Below are positions 1-8,231 of a DNA stretch of 26,034 nt, in pieces. Both the position numbers and the translations under genes were made by a program. Position 1 is the stretch's first letter. Each line of letters starts with the position of its first letter. Under the pieces are notes generated by a model. That model was not told the DNA's origin. It did no database searches and saw only the letters and a program-made list of their open reading frames with translations. Source of the DNA: an uncultured Thermoplasmatales archaeon (GTDB taxonomy: Archaea > Thermoplasmatota > Thermoplasmata > Thermoplasmatales > ARK-15); assembly GCA_964431165.1 (NCBI GenBank), contig CAYSIM010000001.1, forward strand, positions 1 to 26,034, read 5' to 3'.

Positions 1-556
1 CCCTTACCTTCTCCCATACGGTATCCAGATCAACATTTGAATCAATTACTTTATAATTCCTCAAATTTGCCAAGTAAAGGTAGAATCCCCTCACCTCCTT
101 TAGGTAATTCACCTTTTCAAAAACCTCCTTTTTCCTGGGTCCTATCCTTTCAAGGCCTTTTTCAGGATCCACGTCCAGATAAAAAATTATGTCGGGGTCG
201 AATGAAAATGGTTCATAAATATCATTAAGATAAGAAAAGGCATTTTCCCTTGTTCCTAAAATTTTTTCAAGGGAACTACCCTGATAGGCAAATGTTGAGT
301 CCACATACCTATCGCATATTACAATATGCCCAGATGAAATTTTCTCCTTAATATGCTCTACCCTGTCCGCCATGAAAATAAATACCCTAGTAAATACGTC
401 CAGTTCTTTTTCCATGATATCCTTAACATCAAAGATAATTTTTGTAGGTTCCTCCGTTAGATAGACGGTTTTACCTTTACTCTGTAAATATTCTGACAAT
501 CTCCTTGCAATGGATGTTTTACCAGAGCCATCAATGCCTTCCAGGGTGATGAACAT
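1..556 (-). CDS. tmk: Thymidylate (dTMP) kinase, 3'-partial (runs off the window edge; absent from the ORF track)
   Basis: Manual translation from ATG 556: MFITLEGIDGSGKTS (P-loop), EEPT, FMADR, ICDRYVDSTFAYQG, PDIIFYLDVDPE. No stop before position 1. Confidence 0.93.
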   Translation of the reverse strand, partial: MFITLEGIDGSGKTSIARRLSEYLQSKGKTVYLTEEPTKIIFDVKDIMEKELDVFTRVFIFMADRVEHIKEKISSGHIVICDRYVDSTFAYQGSSLEKILGTRENAFSYLNDIYEPFSFDPDIIFYLDVDPEKGLERIGPRKKEVFEKVNYLKEVRGFYLYLANLRNYKVIDSNVDLDTVWEKVR

Positions 557-612
557 ATGTTTCTTTAATGATCTACCATAAGATTAATTTTATTCCACTT
601 GATTACCCAAGC

Positions 613-1851
613 ATGGATTTTGAACAGGGGGATTTTATAGAGGTAAAGACAAAAAAAGGCATCTTCAGGGGTATATTGATGCCCAGGCATGCCTTCAGCG
701 GAGAAGATATAATCATACTCAAGCTTGATAATGGCTACAACATAGGTATAAAGATTGATGGTGAAACTGAAATAAAACTCATATCCAAGGGTGAAAAGAA
801 AAAAATTGAAAGGAATGTGGTGAAAAATGAATATGGCCCAAAAATTTCTGTTTTAGGCACGGGTGGAACAATTGCAAGTTACATAGATTATTCAACGGGG
901 GCTGTTAAGCCTGCAGTTTCCCAGGAGGAACTTCTTTTAGCCATACCTGAAATAAAGGAAAAATACGCTATCAGAAGCAGGGTTATTTTTTCCATACTCA
1001 GCGAAAACATGAAGGTAAGTCATTGGAAAATACTTGCAAGAGAAGTGGAAAGGGAATTTCAAGAATCCTCCAGTATTATAATCCCCCATGGAACGGATAC
1101 TATGTCATATACAGCTTCTGCCCTAGCATTCATGGTGCAGAATTTGCCCGGGCCCGTTGTTCTGGTAGGTGCGCAGAGATCAAGCGATAGACCAAGTTCA
1201 GATGCATATTTAAATTTAATTTCAAGCCTAAAGCTAGCTGGTACGGATCTTGGGGAGGTTGTGGTGGCCATGCATGGTTCAGTTTCAGACAGCTTCATTT
1301 ATGTTCACAGGGGTGTCAGGGTAAGGAAAATGCACACGAGCAGGAGGGATGCCTTCAGAAGCGTTAACGATTTACCCATTGCAATAGTTGAAAAGGATGT
1401 GAAATTCCTGGGTGAATACAGGAAAAGATCTGGACCACCTGTTCTCAGGGAAAATATGGATGAGAAGGTAGCACTTTTGTATTACTATCCAAACATGGAT
1501 CCGGATATACTTCTTGATATAGGAAATAGGATGCACGGAATAATCCTGGCTGGAACAGGTCTTGGACATGTTTCTGAGGACCTTATTCCCATAATAAAGG
1601 ATCTTAATTCAAGGGGTGTTTTTGTTGGTATTACATCTCAATGTCTTTACGGTTCCGTAAATCTTAATGTATATTCCACAGGCAGGGAAATGGTTCTTGC
1701 AGGTGCAGTACCCCTGAAGGACATGCTTCCTGAGGTAGCCTATGTGAAGCTGATGTGGGTACTTGCCAATTATCCGGGGGAGGAGAAAAATAAAATGCTG
1801 GAGAATTTTGCAGGTGAAATATCCGATAGGAGGGTGTCCGAATATGTTTAA
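613..1851 (+). CDS. gatD: Glu-tRNA(Gln) amidotransferase subunit D
   Basis: N-terminal GILMPRH/KLDNGYNIG domain plus asparaginase motifs GTGGTIAS and HGTDTM. Start taken at ATG 613 (MDFEQGD) rather than 568. Confidence 0.96.
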   Translation: MDFEQGDFIEVKTKKGIFRGILMPRHAFSGEDIIILKLDNGYNIGIKIDGETEIKLISKGEKKKIERNVVKNEYGPKISVLGTGGTIASYIDYSTGAVKPAVSQEELLLAIPEIKEKYAIRSRVIFSILSENMKVSHWKILAREVEREFQESSSIIIPHGTDTMSYTASALAFMVQNLPGPVVLVGAQRSSDRPSSDAYLNLISSLKLAGTDLGEVVVAMHGSVSDSFIYVHRGVRVRKMHTSRRDAFRSVNDLPIAIVEKDVKFLGEYRKRSGPPVLRENMDEKVALLYYYPNMDPDILLDIGNRMHGIILAGTGLGHVSEDLIPIIKDLNSRGVFVGITSQCLYGSVNLNVYSTGREMVLAGAVPLKDMLPEVAYVKLMWVLANYPGEEKNKMLENFAGEISDRRVSEYV

Positions 1852-3670
1852 GGCAGGTCTTGAAATACATCAGCAGCTAGACACAAAAAAATTGTTCTGC
1901 TCCTGCGATTCTTATTTGAGCGATAATGTGAGGGGTGAATTCACAAGGATACTTAGACCTGTGCAGAGTGAACTTGGTGAATATGATGCAGCAGCGCTTA
2001 TGGAATCCATAAAGGGAAGAACCTTCGTTTACCAGATTACGGATAATTCGTGCCTTGTGGAGATGGATGAGGAACCACCCCACGAAGTAAATATGGAGGC
2101 ACTTGAAACATCCATCCAAATAGCTTTAATGTTCAACTGTAGAATAGTGGATGAAGTCCATTTTATGAGAAAAATAGTGATTGATGGATCCAATACATCA
2201 GGATTCCAGAGAACTGCCCTCATAGGTATGGATGGCTACATAGAAACGGATTCAGGCAGGATTACAATCAGATCTGTTTGCTTGGAAGAAGAAGCAGCAA
2301 GGAAGGTGGAGGAAAGGGAGGGTATTGCAATCTACAGACTGGATAGACTTGGTATACCCCTCATTGAGGTGACCACAGGCCCGGATATGAAAACACCAGA
2401 GGATGTGAAGACTGTGGCGGAAAGGATAGGCTATGCGCTCAGGGCAACTAGGAAGGTGAAAAGGGGTGTGGGCACCATAAGGCAGGATCTGAACATTTCC
2501 ACCGATGGTGGAAGGGTAGAAGTAAAAGGTGTTTCAAGGCTGAATCTCATAGAAAAAATAGCCAGGTACGAGATGGAAAGGCAAAAAATGCTAACTGAAA
2601 TAGCCATGGAATTAAAGAAAAGAAAGCCTGATTTGAATAATATGGAGATATTTGATGTTACTGAAATATTTTCATCAACTGGAAGTAAAATAATAAAAAA
2701 TTCCCTTGTAAGGGGTGAAAGGGTACTTGGCATAAAGGTACCAGGATTCAGGGGGCTTTTGAAGGGGGATAAATACAGATTCGGAAAAGAACTTGCAGAA
2801 CTTGCTAGGGCCATGGGAATTCCCGGCATATTCCATTCTGACGAGCTACCAAACTATGGCATTACAAATGATGAGGTAAATAAACTCAAAAGATTTTTCA
2901 ACATCTCAGGTGATGATGCATTCATAATAATGGCTGCAGAAATATCTAAGGGTAAGGAGGTGATGGCGTACATAATAGAAAGGATTAGAAAGGCAATGGA
3001 GGGAGTTCCTTCAGAAACAAGGGGTCCAAGGGATGATGGCACGACAGAGTTCATGAGACCTCTGCCAGGCAGGGAAAGAATGTATCCTGAAACGGATGTA
3101 CCGCCAATAAAAATTAACGAGGAAATGATTGAGAGATTGAAAAAAACATTGCCAAAATCCTTCGAGGAGGCTCTGGAAGAGGTATCGAAAAAATATGATA
3201 TATCCCAGCAGCAGGCAAGGCAAATACTCGATGAAAACAGGGAGGATGAATTCTCAAGATATTTTTCAATTTACAGTAATGGAAAAGTGATTTTCAGAAC
3301 TCTATTCAACACACTTCCCGAAATGGAGAAGGAGGGTCTTGACGTTTCAAAAATTAAGGAAGAGGATCTTGAAAAAATATTCAAAGCAGTGGCTGAAAAA
3401 AGGGTGCTGAAGGAGGCGATACCTTATATGATAAAATACATCATCGAAGGTAAAGGATTGCCTTTCGATGAATTCTCACCTCTGGATGAGGACTCTTTAA
3501 GGCAGATGCTTGAAAAGATTTTAGAAGAGAATTTGAATGATGTTAAATCGAGGAATGCTCTCCAGGCCATGATGGGTATAGCCATGGATAAACTAAAGGG
3601 CAGGGCAGATGGTGAATCCGTTAACAGGATCCTGAAAAAATTGCTGGATGAGAGGGGTGGTATGAAATGA
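1844..3670 (+). CDS. gatE: Glu-tRNA(Gln) amidotransferase subunit E
   Basis: KAGLEIHQQL, KLFCSC, RKIVIDGSNTSGFQRT, DRLGIPLIE, RMYPETD motifs. ATG 1844 overlaps the gatD stop, with SD-like AGGAGGGTG upstream. Confidence 0.96.
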   Translation: MFKAGLEIHQQLDTKKLFCSCDSYLSDNVRGEFTRILRPVQSELGEYDAAALMESIKGRTFVYQITDNSCLVEMDEEPPHEVNMEALETSIQIALMFNCRIVDEVHFMRKIVIDGSNTSGFQRTALIGMDGYIETDSGRITIRSVCLEEEAARKVEEREGIAIYRLDRLGIPLIEVTTGPDMKTPEDVKTVAERIGYALRATRKVKRGVGTIRQDLNISTDGGRVEVKGVSRLNLIEKIARYEMERQKMLTEIAMELKKRKPDLNNMEIFDVTEIFSSTGSKIIKNSLVRGERVLGIKVPGFRGLLKGDKYRFGKELAELARAMGIPGIFHSDELPNYGITNDEVNKLKRFFNISGDDAFIIMAAEISKGKEVMAYIIERIRKAMEGVPSETRGPRDDGTTEFMRPLPGRERMYPETDVPPIKINEEMIERLKKTLPKSFEEALEEVSKKYDISQQQARQILDENREDEFSRYFSIYSNGKVIFRTLFNTLPEMEKEGLDVSKIKEEDLEKIFKAVAEKRVLKEAIPYMIKYIIEGKGLPFDEFSPLDEDSLRQMLEKILEENLNDVKSRNALQAMMGIAMDKLKGRADGESVNRILKKLLDERGGMK

Positions 3671-5442
3671 AATATGTACCCGATACATCTGTTATAATAA
3701 ATGGAAAATTTCTCGAAATAATTTCTGATAATGATGAAATAATAATTCCAGAATCCGTTCTTTCAGAAATAGAGGCACAGGCCAACAGGGGTTTGATGAT
3801 TGGTTTTACTGGATTGAAGGAGCTTGAAAGGTTAAGATCCATGGAGAGGGAAAAGAACCTGAAGATTTCATTCTACGGTAGAAGACCTGATAAATGGCAG
3901 ATAGAAAGGGCAAAGAGCGGTGAAATTGATGAGATGATAAGGCAGGCAGCACTGGAGAATAATGCAAAGCTTGTAACGTCAGATTTCGTGCAGGCAAGTG
4001 TGGCAAGGATTAAGGGTGTGGATGTTCTTTTTATAGAAACTAAGAGAGGACCATCGGTAAAGATAGAGGACTTTTTCGATAATGATACCATGAGTGTCCA
4101 TCTGAAGGTAAATACATTCCCTATGGCGAAGAAGGGAAGCCCCGGAAATTTTAATCTTGTAAAAATATACGATAATATTCTAGAGGAAAATGATCTTGAA
4201 GAGATTGCAATGGACATTGTTGAAAGGGCAAGGAGTGAGAGCAATTCATTCATTGAGATTGAAATGAAGGGTGTAACCGTTGTTCAGTTGAGGGAATACA
4301 GGATAGTTATAACAAGGGAACCATTTTCAGATGGCATTGAAATCACAGCCGTAAGGCCAATAGTGAAATTTAGCATTGAACATTATGGCCTTGATGATAA
4401 TCTCATAAAAAGGCTGAATGAAACAACTAGGGGAATAATAATCTCTGGTGCACCAGGTGCAGGAAAAACAACATTTGCTCAGGCACTTGCTGAAATGTAC
4501 AGTGCCTCAGGGAAAATAGTTAAGACTATTGAGAGGCCCAGGGATCTACAGGTGAGGGATGAGATCACGCAGTACACTGCACTGGAGGGAAGCATGGAAA
4601 AAACAGGGAATATACTATTGCTTGTTAGACCTGATTATACAATTTTTGATGAGGTAAGGACATCGGAGGATTTCCAGGTTTATGCGGATTTGAGACTCTC
4701 AGGTGTTGGTATGGTGGGTGTTGTTCATGCGACGCGTCCGGTTGATGCCATACAGAGATTGATAGGTAGAATAGAGCTTGGAATGATACCACAGGTAACG
4801 GATACATTCATCCATATTGATGCAGGGAGTGTGAAGAGTGTTTATTATCTTGAATACACCGTGAAGGTACCTACTGGAATGAAAGAAGAGGACCTATCCA
4901 GGCCCGTTATAGAAGTAAGGGATTTCTTTACAAATGCCCTCGAGTTCGAAATCTACAGTTTCGGTGAACAGGTGGTGGTGGTACCTGTAAAAGAGGAGAA
5001 AAACAGGATATACCAGCTTGCAGAGATGAGAATACAGGAAATTCTAAGGAAATATATTCCACACGGTTTTAAAGTGGAGATTTCATCACCTGCCAGCATG
5101 AGGCTATACATTCCATCTGAAGATATTCCTGAAATAATAGGGAAGGGTGGGAGCAATATAGATAAGCTTGAAAAAATTGTTGGACTTCACATAGATGTTT
5201 TTCCCATGCATGAGGGTGAAATAATCCCGGTAATGGTGCAGAAAAAGAAGGATGTTTTTTACCTGGTACTTGAGGGGGAGGTGAAGAAAAGGGAGGGAAA
5301 TATTATGGCAGATAGTGATATATTATTTACAGGTGTTTTCTCAAAGGAAGGCATTATGAAAATAAAACAGAATTCACAGGAAGGAATGGAACTCATGAAT
5401 GCACTCACACAGGGTAAAAAAATTTATTTCAGACCCTGGTAA
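3667..5442 (+). CDS. PINA-type ATPase (PIN domain + RecA-like ATPase + KH); Holliday-junction branch-migration motor family
   Basis: N-terminal PIN (YVPDTSVII), Walker [31 protein letters not shown] motif [13 protein letters not shown] overlap with gatE. Confidence 0.9.
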   Translation: MKYVPDTSVIINGKFLEIISDNDEIIIPESVLSEIEAQANRGLMIGFTGLKELERLRSMEREKNLKISFYGRRPDKWQIERAKSGEIDEMIRQAALENNAKLVTSDFVQASVARIKGVDVLFIETKRGPSVKIEDFFDNDTMSVHLKVNTFPMAKKGSPGNFNLVKIYDNILEENDLEEIAMDIVERARSESNSFIEIEMKGVTVVQLREYRIVITREPFSDGIEITAVRPIVKFSIEHYGLDDNLIKRLNETTRGIIISGAPGAGKTTFAQALAEMYSASGKIVKTIERPRDLQVRDEITQYTALEGSMEKTGNILLLVRPDYTIFDEVRTSEDFQVYADLRLSGVGMVGVVHATRPVDAIQRLIGRIELGMIPQVTDTFIHIDAGSVKSVYYLEYTVKVPTGMKEEDLSRPVIEVRDFFTNALEFEIYSFGEQVVVVPVKEEKNRIYQLAEMRIQEILRKYIPHGFKVEISSPASMRLYIPSEDIPEIIGKGGSNIDKLEKIVGLHIDVFPMHEGEIIPVMVQKKKDVFYLVLEGEVKKREGNIMADSDILFTGVFSKEGIMKIKQNSQEGMELMNALTQGKKIYFRPW

Positions 5443-5911
5443 ATTTCTCAAAATATTTATCCTTAAGCTGGTACTGCCTCACCTTGATATCGCTCTCAAG
5501 GAGAACTAACTTTGCAAGATCGTCGGGATAGCCTTCAGCATATACTATTTCCCTTATACCCGCATTTATTATCATCTTTGAGCAGACAACACAGGGGTGG
5601 TTGGTAACGTAAATAACAGAATCCCTCACACTAACACCATGCACGGCTGCCTGTATTATGGCATTCTGTTCCGCATGCAAACCCCTACAAAGCTCATGCC
5701 TTTCACCAGAATCAATGCCTAGATCCTCCCTTATGCATCCTGTTACCTCGCAGTGTGCAAGGCCAGAAGGTGGACCGTTATAGCCAGTGGCAATCACTCT
5801 CCTATCCTTAACTATTACTGCACCCACCTTTCTTCTCAGGCAGGTGGACCTTGATGCAGCAAGGTAAGCCATGCGCATAAAGTATTCATCCCAGTCAGGC
5901 CTTCCTTCCAT
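5429..5911 (-). CDS. dCMP/cytidine deaminase family zinc protein
   Basis: [23 protein letters not shown] and PCVVC zinc-deaminase motifs. Confidence 0.92.
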   Translation of the reverse strand: MEGRPDWDEYFMRMAYLAASRSTCLRRKVGAVIVKDRRVIATGYNGPPSGLAHCEVTGCIREDLGIDSGERHELCRGLHAEQNAIIQAAVHGVSVRDSVIYVTNHPCVVCSKMIINAGIREIVYAEGYPDDLAKLVLLESDIKVRQYQLKDKYFEKFTRV

Positions 5912-5941
5912 ATGGAAAGGAATTGATTATGATATTAAAAT

Positions 5942-6415
5942 TTATTTCAGCAATTTTTCTTCATACATTTTTATCAGATCATCCACATTGACTTTATTTT
6001 CCACAGCATAGATGAATGCAAGTATTTCAATTGTGAAATATTTGTTTTTTGATCTCATCTTGTTTATTTCACTCACTATTTCATTTCTTTTTTTACCCGT
6101 TGATTTCTCTATCCTGTCTATTGTTGCCTTGAATATATCCTCTTCTTTCTCTTCCCTAATCTCTATCTCCTGAGGTGTAATCTCAAAATCCACCGGAATC
6201 TCAAGGTCCTTGAATGAAAATTGTGGAATGTAATGATCCTCCTCCTTTTTAAGGAGATTCAGCTTTACACAGTTCTCCAGGAATTTTTCAACATAGGATG
6301 GTTCCATCCACCTGTTCTCGAAGGAGATTATTTTAATGAAATCCTCCTTTTTCAGCTCCTGCCTGCCAACCTTCTTCTGAACAAGGAATATTAATACTTT
6401 GAATTTCTCTATCAT
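5942..6415 (-). CDS. DUF2240-family protein
   Basis: Pattern FIKIISFENRWMEP..VEKFLE.C.KLNLL...YIPQF resembles archaeal DUF2240. ATGA overlap with the upstream gene. Confidence 0.7.
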   Translation of the reverse strand: MIEKFKVLIFLVQKKVGRQELKKEDFIKIISFENRWMEPSYVEKFLENCVKLNLLKKEEDHYIPQFSFKDLEIPVDFEITPQEIEIREEKEEDIFKATIDRIEKSTGKKRNEIVSEINKMRSKNKYFTIEILAFIYAVENKVNVDDLIKMYEEKLLK

Positions 6416-6861
6416 ATTTCCACCAGCCTGCCATCCGTCAATTTGAATTTTCTGGGTAGCTCCAATCCAAGGCTGGTGATGAAAATTTTTCCTCCCATAT
6501 TGAGGAATTTTTTCACCAGATCCTCATCATCGCTTTTAAGTGCGATGTTATCCGTGTACTGCAATGAATATGCAAGGAATTCTTCATCCACCTTTTTTGT
6601 ACCCAGGACTGCCACCTTTGCCCCTGATAGGATTATATCATAAACATCATCCTTCCAGCGAATGTTGGCCTCGTACCATACACCGTAAATATTGGCAATC
6701 TTTGAGAGTAATTTAAAATTTATATCCCTTCCCCTGAAAGAAGGTACATCAACCACATATATTTCCTTTTCCTTAACACCATCAATAAATTCGTCAAGGG
6801 ATCCAAAGCCCCTTATTGTCCTTTTTTCAAGGTAAAACACGGGGATTGAAATTTTTTCCAT
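6412..6861 (-). CDS. Short HisA/HisF-like barrel protein, function unknown
   Basis: IPVFYL, IYVVDV, ANIRWKDDVYDIILSGAKVAVLGT resemble HisA strands and the GIR..DD...GA..V.LGT segment. 149 aa from ATG 6861. Confidence 0.55.
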   Translation of the reverse strand: MEKISIPVFYLEKRTIRGFGSLDEFIDGVKEKEIYVVDVPSFRGRDINFKLLSKIANIYGVWYEANIRWKDDVYDIILSGAKVAVLGTKKVDEEFLAYSLQYTDNIALKSDDEDLVKKFLNMGGKIFITSLGLELPRKFKLTDGRLVEI

Positions 6862-6893
6862 CAGAATAATGAATGATTTATTCATATAAATAT

Positions 6894-7669
6894 TCAGCGA
6901 TTTTTCCTAGGCCAGTAGTCATAGAATATGACGGCAGCAGCTATTAATGCCAGTGTAATGAAAAGATAAACATAGCTCATGGTGGGTATGTCCCCTGTCT
7001 GACCAGCAAGAATGAGTTTTATGTCTCCAAGCCATGGTATCCATCCTGTGGCAAGACCATAGACCATCCCCATTGTAACAGGTCTAGGGGCAATGCCCAC
7101 ATTCTGATCAGCAGCATAGTAGGCTACGTCTGGATATATAACATTTGGATCCATGAATTGTGAATTGGCAAGATTGTTATCACCCATGGTGATGAATCCA
7201 TCCTCACCAATGAATTTTGAAAGGTCAACAACGAGATTCTTGTGTGAAAAACCTACATTTAATATTACAACTTTATAACCCAGTATTTCAAGCCAGTTTC
7301 CAGCCTTATATGGAAAAATGGACCGTTCCATGAAACGTAGAACATGGCCCTATGTATTACAGGCACAGAATTTGGATATGGAAGGTAAAGGATTACATCA
7401 CCATAATCACCATATGAAACATGGTTAATTTCCCTTCCTTCAACATAGGTTATTATACTGCTAACGTTCGTCACCTTCTTTGGTATGACAATATCCCCCG
7501 TGTTAATAACACCCCATGTAAAATCGCTACCATGCTGCATTGATGATGATTCGATTATTGTCATCGGTGGCCATATACCTGAGTAGGCGTAAAGTGCAAG
7601 GAATACAATAAGAACTGCAGCTACTGCAATACCCAGGCTCTTCAATGTTTCTTTTACTTCCTTCTGCAT
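6894..7669 (-). pseudogene. Signal peptidase I (S26, archaeal Ser/His type) split by a -1 frameshift; may be an assembly error
   Basis: ORF 7265-7669 has an N-terminal TM, IESSSMQH (catalytic Ser), GDVI and VIHRA (His). ORF 6894-7331 has FITMGDNN and a C-terminal TM. Adding one base between ~7349 and 7268 gives a single 258-aa protein. Confidence 0.85.
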
Positions 7670-7735
7670 ACTAGATTATAAAGGAATGCATTCTTAATAT
7701 TTTTTCTGATTTTTTTATCACATCTTTGCTTTTAA

Positions 7736-8206
7736 GACATCTTTCTAAAGCTAAAGGATAGAAAAGTGAATAGTGAGTGTGAGAAATATTTTAATACAAG
7801 AAAAAACATAGAATATAATGTATGAGAATAGATGCAGATTTGATTAAGGAAGATAGGAAAAAGGTGAAGCAACGGGCAGATAAACGAAGATTAAAGATAA
7901 CAAGGGCTTATGCAGTATTAATAAGGAAGGCTCTGGAGTATGAAAATTCAAAAGGTAATTAAGTGCGAAATAATCGGTCCAACGAGAATGAAAGAAAGGA
8001 TATTCAAATGCGGAGTATTTGGATTGAAATATAATAGATATTTTAACGGGGCAGTTAATATAGGAAACAGGCTCTCTGGCTATATGCTGAAGGCCAGAAG
8101 AAGTGGACCTGCGAACTCCCCCAGCGAACAATATCCCGAAAGGGAACATAATGGCAATTCAGTATTCGAGGGGAGAAGCTCCATCGGTAAAGGTGGGGTA
8201 GTTCAC
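7736..8206 (+). mobile_element. Non-autonomous, internally deleted IS200/IS605-family (tnpB-only, IS1341-like) element; left boundary tentative
   Basis: Right end GAAGCTCCATCGGTAAAGGTGGGGTAGTTCAC (8175-8206) matches the family's subterminal hairpin plus TCAC end. A tnpB remnant lies inside. Candidate TAM TTTAA 7731-7735 is followed by an imperfect hairpin at 7739-7764. Confidence 0.8.
7822..7962 (+). CDS. Small ribbon-helix-helix-like protein (46 aa) upstream of tnpB; below the ORF-track cutoff
   Basis: MRIDADLIKEDRKKVKQRADKRRLKITRAYAVLIRKALEYENSKGN, a strand-helix-helix pattern. Overlaps the tnpB start by 23 nt. TATA-like TTTTAATA 7789-7796 sits about 25 nt upstream. Confidence 0.6.
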   Translation: MRIDADLIKEDRKKVKQRADKRRLKITRAYAVLIRKALEYENSKGN

Positions 8207-8221
8207 TATTTCCTATCATGA
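7940..8221 (+). pseudogene. tnpB: TnpB remnant: N-terminus fused in frame to a degenerate C-terminal zinc-ribbon/RuvC-III segment
   Basis: MKIQKVIKCEIIG resembles archaeal TnpB N-termini. IFKCGVFGLKYNRYFNGAVNIGNR is a decayed FxCxxCG...NRDxNAAxNI motif (second Cys lost, catalytic Asp now Tyr). The frame reads through the right end. Confidence 0.78.
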
Positions 8222-8226
8222 TAGCT
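8103..8226 (+). ncRNA. TnpB omega RNA (reRNA) scaffold 8103-8206 plus putative flanking guide from 8207; 5' end approximate
   Basis: Hand-checked pairings: pseudoknot GUGGAC 8103-8108/GUUCAC 8201-8206; CUCCCC 8116-8121/GGGGAG 8170-8175; CGAA 8125-8128/UUCG 8165-8168; UCCC-GAAA-GGGA 8134-8145; terminal 8-bp stem 8178-8185/8192-8199 with G-U pairs. Confidence 0.72.
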
Positions 8227-8231
8227 TTAAA

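Noticed and set aside
8207-8226. A second target of the omega-RNA guide elsewhere in the window
   Set aside because: Scanning by eye found only short AT-rich partial matches. A proper search is needed.
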